A stretch of DNA of 64,000 nucleotides from Eledone cirrhosa (lineage: Eukaryota). Location: assembly GCA_964016885.1 (NCBI GenBank), contig OZ024742.1, forward strand, positions 161,262,001 through 161,326,000, written 5' to 3'. Under the pieces are notes generated by a model. The model saw only the letters and a program-made list of their open reading frames with translations. It did not search any database and had not been told where the DNA came from. How positions within the stretch are numbered: the first letter of the stretch is position 1; each line of letters starts with the position of its first letter. This document shows, in pieces, positions 1 through 12,867 of the stretch. The position numbers and the translations under genes were made by a program.

Positions 1-49
1 CTTTATTCTCTTCATTCAGCAGTCTCTCATAGAAAGTCATCCATGCTTC

Positions 50-290
50 CTTCTTAATGGCAACAAGTGCTCCACTATCATTTTGAACAGACTTTTCCCC
101 AACTACATCATGATTTTTGCTAACACACTGTCTCACAATCTGAAACACTTCATGCCTCTGATCTTTATGGTGCAAATTTCTTCTTTTCTGCCTCTGCCCT
201 TGCTAGGTATACCTGACGCCTAGCCCCTCTTTTAGCTATTTGATATTTTTCCTGTCTCCCCCTTTCCTCCAGGCTCCCCAGGCTTGTCGT
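50..290 (-). mobile_element. Degraded RTE LINE fragment
   Basis: ORF 165-380 contains KYQIAKRGARRQVYLARAEAEKKKF, similar to DYQVARREARRQVYFARREAEERKF of the intact RTE ORF. Confidence 0.75.
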
Positions 291-2137
291 TTGTTTTATG
301 ACTCTATTTACCTTATACATATATACACATATATACATACATACACAACACACACACACCCTTCCTAGACCCCTAAACAATACACTTTTGTGTATGTGCT
401 TGTTTGTATGATCAGTTGTCTTATTTAAACCTTTTGATACCAGCTCACCAGAGCTGATCCTGGTTCTATGACATGAATTTTAAAGTGATCACATTTAAGT
501 TAAAACATTCCCTCATATTTTTTTGTGAAAACATCTTTGTTTAACCCTTAACATCAAACATATGCCATGCCATGTGTTTGTATATTTATATATATGTATA
601 TATCTGTCTGTAGTTCTTTAAAAGGTACACATACTTACATACATTTCCTATTTCAGTCATGTTACTACAAAAAGTTCACATTCCAATCACAAGACCCTGG
701 GTTCTAACCCTATATTTGTTCCTGTAAATATTTATTTCTCCAAAGTTACTCATACATTTAATACGCCATTTGTACATATATGCTAAACATTTATGTCATT
801 ATACCCCAGAAATAATTATTAAACTATCATTATCTTTAATCACTTCCAGATGTCAGTAATCAGTATAAAGGTTTTTCTTATGTAAACCATTAATTTATCA
901 AATCACAAATTTCTCAGTTTGTATGATTGTTCATATATCCAGTAATCCTGGTATTCCAATCCCGGACGCATTCAACGCTATTGTCATCATTACTGATGAC
1001 ACAGGTTCACTAGTCCTGTAATAATTTAACAGAAAATGTCTAAAATAGGTTTGTTAACTGAAATGTTTATAGTTTCTTTACTTATGGACAAATCATTGTG
1101 AAAATTTGGAGTATTCAAGTGAAGACATCAAATGTTAATGCCATGTAGTCATAGTGTTGTTTTGTACTTTTCAAGAACCTTTTTCTACTGCAAGTTCATG
1201 AGGTACAGGATATTAAGAATTAAGTTACATAGCAGAAACCAGTTTAATAATAGAAAAAAAAAGTTATTATACTAAATCCTTTAAAATTCTTCATTATTTT
1301 TCAAAATTTATTAAAACATAGATAAGATATTTCCTTGGGAATGTGGTCACAAAAGGGTGAAACTGTGTGCACATGCTTGAGTGTATGTGTGTGTGTGTGA
1401 GTTTAAGTTAGCATTCATGTGCATGTTTATCTGTATGAATTTGCATATATACATGTGTACATGCTTGCACACACACGCATACACACACATTCCCACCTCG
1501 GTGAGTGTGTGTATGTGTGTGAGTGAGAGAGAAGAGGATAAAATATAGTTGACAGTGACTGCAGCCTGTAGTTTCCTTTCAGTTAAAAATAACAATGATG
1601 ATGATGGTTTCAGATTTTAAGCACAAGGCTAGCAATTTTGAGGGCAGGGATAAATAGATTATATTGACCCCAATATTTGACTGGTATCATATCTTATCAA
1701 CCCACAGAAGGATGAAAGACAAAATTGATCCTGGTAGGATTTAAATTCAGAGCATAAAGAACCAAAATGAATAACTCAAAGCAGTTTTGTCCGACACTCT
1801 AATGATACTGCCCTAATAATAATTGTTTCTACATTTGACACAAGGCCAGTAATTTGAAGAAAAGGGGAAAGTTGATTAAATCAAGCCCAGTGCATTACTG
1901 GTACTTTATTTTATCAACCCTTTAAGGATGAAAGGCAAAGTTGACTTCAACAGGATTTGAACTCAGAACCAATAACTGACATTCTATAATTAATTCCTTA
2001 CATGGGCACAAGATCACAAATTTGAAAGTAGCAGGGTGTAATTTGTAAATATATATATATATATATATATATATTAGAGGTAGAGGTATTAAAATACTGA
2101 GGTACAGTTTGAAAAAATATTTTTGTATTTTAGTACC

Positions 2138-2172
<35 letters not shown>

Positions 2173-2246
2173 GGGATTGTAGCGTCCAGTTACTGTAGGT
2201 TCACCAGAGTGAGCAGTTGATGTGTAGTTTCCAGTAAGCAGAGTGT

Positions 2247-2498
2247 AATACCAATAATAAAAAGGACGATTTGTTAGGTCTTCATTACATTTATTGAGTA
2301 GTGACGCGCGTTTCACTATTGACTAGTTCAAGTTTCAATCTGACCCGACTCTGGAATCAAAAGTCCGATGAGCTTTTGATTCCAGAGTCGGGCCAGATTG
2401 AGACAGATTGAACCCTAAGCTGATCAATAGCAAAACATGCGTCACTACTCAATAAACGTAATGAAGACCTAACAAATCATCCTTTTTATTATTAGTAT
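2247..2498. repeat. Imperfect palindrome with a degenerate hammerhead ribozyme (Penelope-like terminal-repeat remnant)
   Basis: Arms of about 115-130 bp are inverted around 2363-2372. + strand reads agt-CcGATGA-gcttttgatt...gatcaatagc-aAAA-catgcg-TC-act. The opposite arm retains GAAACGCGCGTC. Confidence 0.65.
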
Positions 2499-3221
2499 AT
2501 ATCTCTATCTATCTAGGGCGGGTAAAATTCCCGAGATCCATGGACGAGTTCTCTCCAGCGGTCTCTGTCCCTCATTATCGCTGCCATGTCCTGCGTCTCC
2601 AACATATATATAGACAGATGTGATTTTTCTGGAAATCAAAGAAGATGCAAACCATCGACCTTAGTAATCAGTATCAATCACCAATTATCGATTTTGGTAA
2701 TAAGCAAGATTTCTTCCATCAGTAAGGTTAGGTCTTATATCACACTACCTAAAATTACTAGTAAATTACCCAGGGAAGAATTTTGAAATGTTCTCATGAT
2801 GTTAAAATAATGTTTAACAGAAGAGTAGATATTACAGGATAGGCCATAAGGAATGCTAAAAATAGCACAAAACAGGTCTCATTAAAGCAACTCGACTAAT
2901 TTTTTAAAAATTAGGAGTAGAAATATAGTTTTCTTTAATTTCCAGAAACAGCTATGTCTAAGGTACTATAGGAAATGCTACTATCTTGAAGTAAGTATAT
3001 TTACTAATATATTAATTGTTCTGTATATATGTACAAAACACTAATAGTTACTCAATTGATATATATTCTTTTATATATCATATAACTTATTGTATAATTG
3101 CTGTTCAAAACTAATATTCAAGGAGCATTTTTATTGAGAAATATAATTGATATATATTTTATATGTATCAATTAAACTTAAATTCAGTATATATACATGA
3201 CTATCAGGGAAAAGACATTAA

Positions 3222-3268
<47 letters not shown>
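3222..3268 (+). repeat. (GAT)n microsatellite
   Basis: Pure trinucleotide run, which produces the poly-Asp artefact in ORF 3197-3418. Confidence 0.95.
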
Positions 3269-3269
<1 letters not shown>

Positions 3270-4406
3270 GTATATGGGTGTATACACACAGGCTTCATTT
3301 TATTAACCACACCCACCCAGTCCACCTAAAAACACCTCCACGGTCCCTGGTAAGTTATTTTATCAACCTTGGAAAGAAACCTCAGCTGGATATGAATTCA
3401 GAAGAGAAAAGATGCTAACTATATTCAACATGGCATTTTTGACCAATGCTCTACCAATTCTGCCACCATTCAACATTCTTTACAGTAATGATAAATGTGT
3501 CAATGTAATTCACACCAGAATCTAATTTGAAAGGGAATCTTTTAATGAATGGTAGATAGAAAGACTAATAGAAGGGAGACAGGGGGCAGACATAGAGAGG
3601 AAAAGAGATAGAGTAATAGAGAAAGAGAGTGAGGGACAGAGAGTGAGTGAAACCGGAAACTTCTTAATGAACATATTAAAACATACATACATACATACAT
3701 ATATACATGCGTGTATGCATGCATACATACTACATACACACACGCACACACATACACATACATATATGGCAAATACATTTGTGTGTGTGTGTGCTTATGT
3801 CTGTGGAGATGGAGAAAGATATGTGGAGATGGGTGGGGATGGTAGATGATGAAGAGAGAAAACAGGGATGTGGTAAGGGGGATAAAGAATGGCACAAAGT
3901 AATAAAAGAAATATGTAAAAATATATTATTTTGACTGGTTTCATTCATAAGATTGTAGCCATGCTGGAGCACTGCCTTGAAGGAATTTAGTCTGATACTA
4001 CAACTGTAGGTCTAAATTGGGGGGACTTTATGCCCTTCAAATTTCATGTTAATAATGAATCGGTTTGAAATAAAATAACTTTTACAACTACATCAAAAAT
4101 ATGAGAAAGAATATTCAATCATTGCTAACCAAATGAGATGATCATCATCATCACCATTTAACGTCCATTTTCCATGCTAGCATGGATTACTCTCTAATAT
4201 CTATTTGTTGAACCACTATAAACTAACACGGATAGACACACAAAAGACGTTCCTATGATTTCATACAAATGAAACAGTTCTAGTCCTGAAGAAGTTATTT
4301 CTATATATAATATATATATATATATATATATTATGGAATACTGTTGGCTTCTTGCTACAATACTTTCTATACCTTTCATTTATATATATATATATATATT
4401 TATATA

Positions 4407-4868
4407 TAATTGTTTCTACTTTTGGCACAAGGCCAGCAATTAACCAGTGCATTACTGGTACTTTATTTTATCGACCCCGTAAGGATGAGAGGCAAAGTTA
4501 ACCTTGGCGGGATTTGAACTCAGAATGGCATAAAAAACATGCATATTCAGTTGGCATTATATATGCGGTGGATTGGCAGTATCGGTAGAGGGTCGGACGC
4601 CATGCTTTGCAGCAAAGAGTTACGGCCCTTTATGGTCTGAGTTCAAATCCCTCCGAGGTTAACTTTGCCTTTCATCCTTACGGGGTCGATAAAATAAAGT
4701 ACCAGTAATGTACTGGGATAATTGCTGGCCTTGTGCCAAAAGTAGAAATAATTATATATATATATATAATTGTTTCTATTTTAGGCACAAGGCCAACAAT
4801 TACCCAGTGCATTACTGGTACTTTATTTTATCGACCCCGTAAGGATGAAAGGCAAAGTCAACCTCGGT
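4407..4868. mobile_element. Cluster of three SINE-A copies in alternating orientation (4407-4525 -, 4565-4755 +, 4768-4868 -)
   Basis: All share gcctttcatccttacggggtcgataaaataaagtaccagtaatg...gctggccttgtgcc-aaagtagaaacaattat. Confidence 0.85.
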
Positions 4869-4872
4869 CGGA

Positions 4873-5100
4873 ATAATGCCAACTGAATATGCACGTTTTT
4901 TTCCTCACTTTTCCCCATTCCTTCCTCTTATCACTCTGTACTTTCTATTTATCTTCTATTTCGAACTATATCTTCTGTTGACGGACTAATGTCTGAAATG
5001 TTAAGACTCTCTTCGTGTTATTTCGAGCTTTAAAGTAATATGTTTCTTCCATGTACTGTGCCGTTTATTTTGTTATTTCTGTTTACCTTTTACATATATT
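4873..5100 (+). mobile_element. Dispersed repeat carrying a decayed minimal hammerhead motif (other copies at 29275-29580 +, 33601-33815 +, 48960-49210 -; fragments at 6020, 23340, 54255)
   Basis: Consensus across copies is tctt-CTGATGA-aggactagtgtcc-GAAA-cg-tt-aagactc, followed by a shared AT-rich tail. Confidence 0.65.
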
Positions 5101-5629
5101 GTAATGTGTTGGTGTCCGAAAGCACTAACTAACCATACTAACCCAGTAACAAGGCTTGTAAACTAGCTACAAACTAGATACACTAAACTTATTCTAATCT
5201 TAGTCATAGTAGATATACTAAACATATACTAATCTTAGTCATAAATCCACTCTCTCGTCAATTTAATTTTAATTTTTAATTCGTTTTCATCTTATTTTAT
5301 TCTAACCAACAATAGGCCATAAAACACAAAACATTTTAAAAAGTTCTATCACAAATTTTTGTTCCAGCTACGATCTCTTCCTCCTTTTTTCTTTCCTCCA
5401 GCTCCTTATACCTCACTCACCCCCTCAATCCTCACTTACATACCACGACCAGGGACTATGCACAACTACACCATCTACACAACCCTTCATATATATATAT
5501 ATATATAGTGTATATTATTCAGTGAATTACTGGTGGTGGTACCAAAATGAGCACTCAATGCACAGGCAGTGTTTATATAATAAGAAAAACAGTTTCATTT
5601 ACATGTATTTATGTTTTTATTGTGTATCA

Positions 5630-5720
5630 ACCTGTTATGCACATTTCACAAGGATTGGGTCAAGGTCACCCATGGGAATTATGGACCTGACTCCAGCATC
5701 AATCTGTTCTTCAGACTGGT
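5630..5720 (-). ncRNA. Type I hammerhead ribozyme with intact core
   Basis: accagt-CTGAAGA-[aca gattg..gtca ggtc cat / atg..gacc tgac caatc..tgt long stem II]-GAAA-tgtgca-TA|acaggt. Stem I pairs 5 of 6 bp. A partial inverted copy lies at about 5899-5980. Confidence 0.75.
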
Positions 5721-6359
5721 AATTGAACAAAAAATAAAATGTTTGTGGTGATTGGTGAAATGTTGGGTATATATAAACATCGGCCCTATTTTTTTTGCAT
5801 GGATGTGTGTGAGTATGTAAGTGTTTGAGTGCATAGACATACCTACTTTTGCGTATATATATATATATATATATATGTATATGTGCAAGTGTGTGTTTAT
5901 GAGTGACCTTGAGCCAATCCTCTGTGAAACGGGCATAACAGGTTGATACACAATAAAAATGTAAATACATGTAAATGAAACTTCATCATTTTTCTTATTA
6001 TATATATATATATATATATGTAAAAGGTAAACAGAAATAACAACACAATCGGTACAGTATATGGAAGGGATATATTAGGTTGCGTGTGTGATGACTATGG
6101 TGATGGAGAGGAAAAAAGACGAGAATGGAAAAGGGAAAAGAACTGAATGAAATAGTGAGAAAAAATTGTAATGGGGGGGGGGGGTACTTAGAGGGAGAGG
6201 AAAGGAAATTAAGAAAAAATATGAAATGATGAGAGAAGTAGATGAGATAACAAAAAAAGATAAGGAATGAAAACATTTCACCCAAGTCAGAAGTGTAAAA
6301 AGTGATAAAGAGATAATAGCTGTAGCTCTCTCCCTCATTCATTTATTTTTTTATCATTA

Positions 6360-6590
6360 CTATTATTATTGCCATCATTATTATTATTTTGCATGTTAAC
6401 ACTGCATTACCGAGCACAGCTCTGTGCACCTTGGGTATGTGCAGTGTAGTTTTTGGTGGTGCTTGTTCTACTGTATTGAGAGTACTCTTCGTAATATGTA
6501 TGCTATTTGTATGTTGTATATATGAGTGAGTCTTGGATTTTGGTTACGTATCTGTCTGAGTGCTTTTTTATCATTCGCAAAGCACTTATT
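6360..6590 (-). mobile_element. 3' end of an RLE-type (R4/Dong- or NeSL/Hero-like) non-LTR retrotransposon
   Basis: Frameshifted ALRMIKKHSDRYVTKI..GLTHIYNIQ..IAYILRRVLSIQ*, then a short 3' UTR and (TAA)n tail. Resembles the GALG..IQK..AHILRK C-terminus of these elements. Confidence 0.55.
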
Positions 6591-6608
6591 ATTGTTTAGG
6601 AATAAAAA

Positions 6609-6799
6609 GGGCGGTGGATTGGTAGTATCGGTAGAGGGTCGGACGCCATGCTTTCCAACATAGTTACGTCCCTTTACGATCTGAGTTCAAATCCCGCCGA
6701 GGTTGACTTTGCTTTTCATCCTTACGGGGTCGATAAAATAAAGTACCAGTAATGCACTGGGTAATTGCTGGCCTTGTGCCTAAACTAGAAACAATTATT
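6609..6799 (+). mobile_element. Full-length tRNA-derived SINE-A (~190 bp)
   Basis: A-box-like TGGTAGTATCGG, B-box GAGTTCAAATCC, central gactttgcctttcatcct..gtcgataaaataaagtacc domain (Meta/Sauria-like by recollection), target-site duplication (TSD) tttaggaataa. Confidence 0.9.
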
Positions 6800-7667
6800 A
6801 TTTAGGAATAATGCCAGCAAATTTTTTAAGGGGGGATTCAATTAAACAGACCCCAGTATTTGACTGGTACACTATTTTATCAACACCAAAAGAATGGAAG
6901 GCGAGGTCAACTTTGCCTTTCATCCTTCTGAGTCGATAAAATAAAGTATTAGTCAAGCACTGGGATCAATTTAATCAACTTTCCCCTCACCCAAAATTGA
7001 TCACCTTGTGCCTAAATCAGAAACCATTAATTACAAGGCATGGAGAATCTGAAGGAGGCTACTGCAGAGTAATCCAGATATTTTGCGTTAATGTACGGCA
7101 TCAATCTTATAGTTTTCTGTGTTATTTTAGAGTTTGATATGTTGTATGTGGTCTGTGTAAAATGAGTTGAGTTATTTTATTGGGTAGTAATCTTGTAGAG
7201 GGTATATTATCATTATTGTTGTTGTTATTACTATTAAGACCTTCCAACAAATTTGGATCGATGTAATCAATTGTTCCCCTCTCTACTTAAATTGCTGGCC
7301 TTGTGCCTGCTGGAAATAACTATATCAACACCAGCATTTAAATGACACTTTATTTTATCTATTGGCCCCAAGAAGGATAAATGGCAAAGTTAATCCATCA
7401 GAAGTCAACTTTGCCTTTCATCTTTCTGGAATTGATAAAATAAAGTACCTGTTAAGTACACAAGGTTGAATTAATTGGCTTCTCCCTTCCTGAAATAGCT
7501 AGACTTGTGCTTAAATTAGAAATAAATATCCTGATAATTATCATCATCATCATCATCTTTGTTATCATTATTATTGTTATCTTTTTGCTACTGTAGTTGT
7601 TGCTGATGTTGGTATTTCAAATATTTAATTCTTTAATTTTTTCCTTCAACTGCTGGAGCTCATTAAG

Positions 7668-7673
7668 TTTATT
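7668..7673 (-). promoter_or_regulatory. Candidate polyadenylation signal (AATAAA) for the HTATSF1-like gene
   Basis: tttatt on + strand about 145 nt past the stop codon. Such hexamers are common by chance in AT-rich DNA. Confidence 0.3.
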
Positions 7674-7815
7674 TCATCATTCTAGGCAGGTAGATAAGTA
7701 GGTAGGTAAATGGATACAACATTCATAGCATTGTAAATGACTACATATACACTTAGTCTCTTGTCAGGTAAAAAAAAAAAAAAAGAAATCCATGTAAATG
7801 AAGTGTCATAAGTTC

Positions 7816-8118
7816 TCAAACATCAGGGCTTGAAGTCGAAACTGCTGGTGTTTCAGATGTTGAGGCGTTATGCTCCTCGTCACCCACCTCATTTGATGAA
7901 CTCTTTAATGTTGAGCTACTCTGAAGGTAGTTCTGCCATTTGTTCAAACGTTCTAACTTTTCTTGTTCCGTTTCAGCTACATCAAACTTCTGTTTCCCAT
8001 CCCAGGTCTCGGCAACAATCTTTTTCTGTGCGAACCATCGCCCATTCAAAGCTACAATGCATTCATCAGCTTCCTCAGCTTCTCTGAAAGTCACTGATAT
8101 CACACCATTTTGGTTCCG
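7816..8118 (-). CDS. HTATSF1: Last coding exon of HIV Tat-specific factor 1 (Tat-SF1/Cus2-like U2 snRNP factor): end of RRM2/UHM plus short C-terminal tail
   Basis: Translates RNQNGVISVTFREAEEADECIVALNGRWFAQKKIVAETWDGKQKFDVAETEQEKLERLNKWQNYL...PDV*. This matches the Tat-SF1 RRM2 end (G-RWF-x-R/K-x-I-x-A-x2-WDG ... ER-L-x2-W). Acceptor ttttttcttctAG at 8120-8119, phase 0. Confidence 0.9.
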   Translation of the reverse strand, partial: RNQNGVISVTFREAEEADECIVALNGRWFAQKKIVAETWDGKQKFDVAETEQEKLERLNKWQNYLQSSSTLKSSSNEVGDEEHNASTSETPAVSTSSPDV

Positions 8119-8349
8119 CTAGAAGAAAAAAGATGTAAAATTGAAGTAAGCTAAGACAGAGAGGTGACACAATGAGCAAGAGTCATAGATAAGGTCACAG
8201 GTTGTGATGAAAGGACTTAGACAATGAATGACTATTAACCCTTTAGCATTTAAACTGGCATATATCTGGTCAGAATTCTCTCACCTCTTGCTGTTCAAAC
8301 CAGACATAACTGGCCACTCATACTGATGTTAAGGTATTGTTCGCAAAAT

Positions 8350-9255
8350 AAATAATATCAATAATGAACAGGAGAGGTGACAGTACACACCCTTGATGGA
8401 GTCCAACACCCACATTGAATGGTTTTGACTTAGCGTTATTTATCTGAGAAGGGCGGTGGATTGGCAGTATCGGTAGAGGGTCGGACGCCATGCTTTCCAG
8501 CATAGTTACGTCCCTTTACGATCTGAGTTCAAATCCCGCCGAGGTTGACTTTGCCTTTCATCCTTACGGGGTCGATAAAATAAAGTACCAGTAATGCACT
8601 GGGTAATTGCTGGCCTTGTGCCTAAAGTAGAAACAGTTATTTATCTGAAGACAAATACTCAAGAATTTGTATAGGGAATCAAGGCAACTAGAAGCTGTCC
8701 ATCAATCCCATACTCCTACAGAACCTTCCATAACAACTATGCCTTTTCAAGGTCTACGAAACAAAAATACATCTCTTGGCAATACTCCCACAATTTCTCA
8801 AAGACCTGCCGCAGTGTAAATATTTGGTCGGCTGTGCAGCATCCAAGGTGAAAATCACACTGTTCCTCAGCTAGCTAGGACTTGATAATCTCCCTACATC
8901 TCTTTGCCAGATACTTAGCATAGACTTTACCAAGGAGACTTAACAATGATTCCCTCTATAATTGGAGTTATCTCTCTTGTCTCTCTTTTTGAAAACTGTG
9001 ATTATCACTATTTTTAAGCCTCTTTCTTTGCTCGATTAGCTTCATTGAGCATTTGATTGAACCAAAGGGTTCTCCTGTCACTCGACGCCACACCGAGTTG
9101 CTTTCATCCACAGCATTTAACAGCTGAAGCAGAAACAGCTGAGCTGAACAGTCTTCACACTGTTTCAACATTGCTCAGGGAGTTCTATGAATTTCGATGC
9201 AATAATATCCACAAACCTGTTCCAAACTTTCTCATCTGTCTTCCTTGATTTCCAC
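8350..9255 (-). mobile_element. Old RTE LINE reverse-transcriptase fragment interrupted by a SINE
   Basis: Remnants TADQIFTLRQVFEK..FCFVDLEK and FNVGVGLHQGCVLSPLLFII, with stops and frameshifts. Confidence 0.8.
8451..8635 (+). mobile_element. Full-length SINE-A
   Basis: Near-identical to 6609-6799; TSD gttatttatctga on both sides. Confidence 0.9.
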
Positions 9256-9381
9256 AGCTTATATATATTTATATATATATATATATATATCAGGATAGAA
9301 CCAGATAAAACTAGTTCGACCAGTACTCAACAGAGTACTCGATACTTGGGATAGTAGAGTTTTGCTGTATTATAAAGATTT

Positions 9382-9444
9382 GGAGCCCGACGGCTGAGCT
9401 CTTGCCGTTTCAACAGCTAGTTCCAGACTGTACGGTCAAGCTCC
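9382..9444 (-). ncRNA. Degenerate hammerhead ribozyme
   Basis: ggagct-tgaccgt-acagtctgg aa ctagctgt-t-GAAA-cggc aagagctca gccg-TC|gggctcc. All three stems are recognisable, but the CUGANGA box is decayed. Confidence 0.5.
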
Positions 9445-11099
9445 GCCATAAAATCGGATCATGAGCAGTCCGTCTGAAGAAGGAATACCTTGATGTGGGG
9501 TGATTGTTGCAGAGGGTGTCACTGGCCATTGTTAGCGGAAATGCCTTTGCAGTTTTGTCCATGGAGCGCAGCCCAAACACCGCCCTGCCCTAGAGCCTAT
9601 CACCCTCTCCCCTTCCTCCTCCCTTTCTTCTGTGACTCATAGTCCTTGCTTTTTCTTTCATTTATGGCATTATAGCCCTTTCTCCTACTTTCCTATCCAA
9701 TCAGATCTGCTTTTCTTTACCCCTTCCCCCCTATGTTCGTTACTTGGCTTCGTTTTTATCCTTTCATCTTTTTCTTTCATATCTCCATCAATATTTGCAA
9801 TGCTATTTATACAACTGTGAATTGATTTATTGACTGTAATTCTATTAAATTTGAGAATTACAAGTTCACTTCATCCAGTGAGTCTCCACACAATAGCATT
9901 CTACTCAATTTGACTCGACCAGATGATAAAGTTAAAAAAAAGAAAATACACTAGTCCAATATGCCGCACTGGGATCGAACATGAAAATTCATGATTGCGA
10001 AGCGAACTTCTTAACCACCTTGCCAGGCTTTCGAATTTATCAAAATTAACTCATCTGTCATTTTGCATAAACATTTTTTTAAAATCGTATTTCATTTTCA
10101 AATCTTTATAAAATTTACACTAAAATAAAATGTTCTACTAAAATATTTTTTGTTATTTTTTCATACCAATAAAACTTGGTTTTCAATTTTCTAAGTGATT
10201 CATTTTATGATAAATTCACACAAGAGAGAAAAACAAATAAACTGTGTAGTCACTTAAAGTGAATGAATCAAGGGAGAGAACTTCAGCCATCCGCAAAATA
10301 ATTTTACCTTATGCTCACTATATGAACAAACAGAGAATTGACAGTCCTTAAAACGCCAGGCAGACTACTTTGCAGTATTTTGTTTCGGTTTTTTACTCTC
10401 TGAGTTCAAACTCCATGGAAGTCAACTTTGCCTTTCATCTTTTCGAAGTTGATAAACAAGAACCAATCCATCCAATACTGGTATCGATTTCCCTCCTCCC
10501 TCTCTCTTTCTTGGAAGAAATTGGTTAATGTCAGACCTAGAAACCACCAGGTTGAAAAAATATCCGAGGCATGTATGTCACTACGCCACCCCTAACACTT
10601 CACCATGAGTTATAAACCCACACATACTTATCGCAGACCTGCCAACCTCTAAACGGGGAGTACCATGAAAAAGAGGTGCCAAAAAAAATGGGTAGAAATG
10701 AGGCAAAATGAGATTTTACATAATGAAAGCTATACCCATTTTCACAAGAGAAGACATCTCTCACCCACCCCAAAATGGGTGGGATATCTCCTCGTCGGAC
10801 AGGGAAAATTGACAGGTCTGTTATATGCACAATTATATGAACATTTTGTTATTTTTTTGGCTAGGCATAAAACAGGATTTCTTTTTTCTTTCGTGTAAAT
10901 ATTGCTATTTGTCAAAAATGTCTAAATTCTTTAAAAAAAATATATAAACTGATGTTTGTATATACATTTTCTGCATTGAAAATTTGGCAGATTCTATTAG
11001 AGAGTAGGCGAAAAAACCTTTGCAGTGTTTGTTTTATGGATAGAGGCTGGAGACAACTAACATAAACCAGGAAATATTTGGAAGCATGATATGGCTGGT

Positions 11100-11530
11100 T
11101 TCCCAAACAACTAGAGCCTGCTGACCTCAACCATGATAATACTAAGCACCCAGATGGGATAAACCTCTTCTCGTTTGAAGGAGGTAAATCTCTAATCTGT
11201 GACACCACATGCAACATATTTTCTGCTTCCAGTCTTGTTGCTTCAGTCACAAACCCAGGCACTATCACCAATAATGTAGATGAGTGAAAGATATCCAAAT
11301 ACTATGACTTGACCAACCACTCCCTCTTAGAGCTAGGTCACCATCAAGACCGCTGGTGCCCTTGGTCTCCAGACTGCCATTTCCTTCCACAAAATTGGGA
11401 GGAATGCATCCTACCTAAAGAAGGAGCCCCATGAGGTAGAGTGGCTGATGCAGTCAGTGTCAGTGGCTGATGCAGCCTGTATCAATGGCTGTTCTCTGCA
11501 CATCATCTTGTCCAAGCAGTGCAGCTGAGA
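11100..11530 (+). mobile_element. Old CRE-like non-LTR retrotransposon, restriction-like endonuclease remnant
   Basis: HPDGINLFSFEGGKSLICDTTC..SSLVASVTNPG..KISKYYDL..GALGLQT..KEPHEVEWLMQSVSVA is homologous to 54681-55045 and contains stops. Confidence 0.7.
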
Positions 11531-11975
11531 TATACCACTTAAACAGGAGTATACACTCTGCCTCTACCTTCCTTTTACTTTCATTTTCTTTGTCATTTTT
11601 TACAAACATTAAATAATTTAATTGAAATTTGTTGAATAAAGCAAATATTACAGGGGGCTTGATTTATCCACTTTAGAAGGCTGAGAGGCAATATCAGGCC
11701 TAGTGATATTTAAATCCAGGACTCTAAGTTAAGAAAACTAAATATGTGACCCAATGGGAACAACACATTAAATAGTGTGGTTGGTCCCAGTTAGATACAC
11801 TGTCTGAAAATAAGATGGTACGGTCACGGCTGTAGTGACATTAACCATGTCTGTTCAATGATGGATGGCCTGGAGGTAAATAACAACTAAAATACTCGAT
11901 CCAAAGAGGTAGACTTTATATAGTCATCCAACCTGCTGGAAATAGCAGCTAAATTTGGTCCAGAAGATGCTTTAA

Positions 11976-12260
11976 CCCTTTAGCATTCAAACCGGCCATA
12001 TCCGGCCAGAATTCTCTCACATCTGTTCAAATCGGTTATAACTGGCCACTCATACCAACGTTAAAGTATTGTTCTTAAATAAATAATATCAAAATCTCAT
12101 AAATTTGATATTATGTGAGATAATTATGTAAGATAAAGCCTTTACTGTGAAAATACAATAGTATATATAGAATAATTGTTTCTACTTTTGGCACAAGGCC
12201 AGCAATTATCCCAGTGTATTACTGGAACTTTATATATAGAATAATGCAAATGCTAAAGGG
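11976..12260 (+). mobile_element. piggyBac-type MITE with a nested 5'-truncated SINE-A
   Basis: TTAA|CCCTTTAGCATT...AATGCTAAAGGG|TTAA. Nested SINE tail at about 12172-12230 flanked by TSD tatatatagaataat. Confidence 0.85.
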
Positions 12261-12777
12261 TTAAGACAGCTGATTTCTTGCAGAGGAGGAAAGAGAAATC
12301 AACCACAGTACTAGACTGGTACATTTTTATTGACCTTGAAAAGATAAAAGATAAAAGATAAAAGGTAGGTAAAGTTGAGCTTGGTGAGGGTTGAACTCAA
12401 AAGGCAAAGAAAAGGAATAAATACCACAAAGCAGTCTATCGGTTGTTCTAACAACTCTGCCAGTTCACCACCTATGTTTGTATATATAACTATGGTGTAT
12501 ATGGCTAAATAATTAAGAAGTTTGCATCTTGGGCTTGTGCCATTTACCATAACCTTGGATTGACCCATGACATATGAGTGAAATTGGGGGGAAACTGTTT
12601 GGAATCCCGACATATGGACTTTACCTGAAATTCAAAGAGCCAGCCTTGTCACACACTATGTTACATTGAATCTCCCTGAGAATTACATTAAGAGTACACG
12701 TGTCTGTGGAATGCTCAACAAAGAAAATAGCAAGAACAACACTATAAGAAAAGGAGATTGCCATGTATAATACTTAC

Positions 12778-12867
12778 ATCATAGATCACAATCTTACGAA
12801 CTTCTCCAAATTTTGAACATTCACTTTGTACATCATCTTTCAGTTCTCGCAGCAAACCAGGATCTTC
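12778..12867 (-). CDS. HTATSF1: Penultimate coding exon (90 nt) of the HTATSF1-like gene
   Basis: ttttaatcttAG|GAA GAT CCT...ATC TAT GAT|GTaagta encodes EDPGLLRELKDDVQSECSKFGEVRKIVIYD (UHM 'ECSKFG' motif). Splices in frame to the exon starting at 8118. Confidence 0.9.

Noticed and set aside
985-1050. CTGATGA...GAAA motif
   Set aside because: No convincing stem I or stem III; probably chance.
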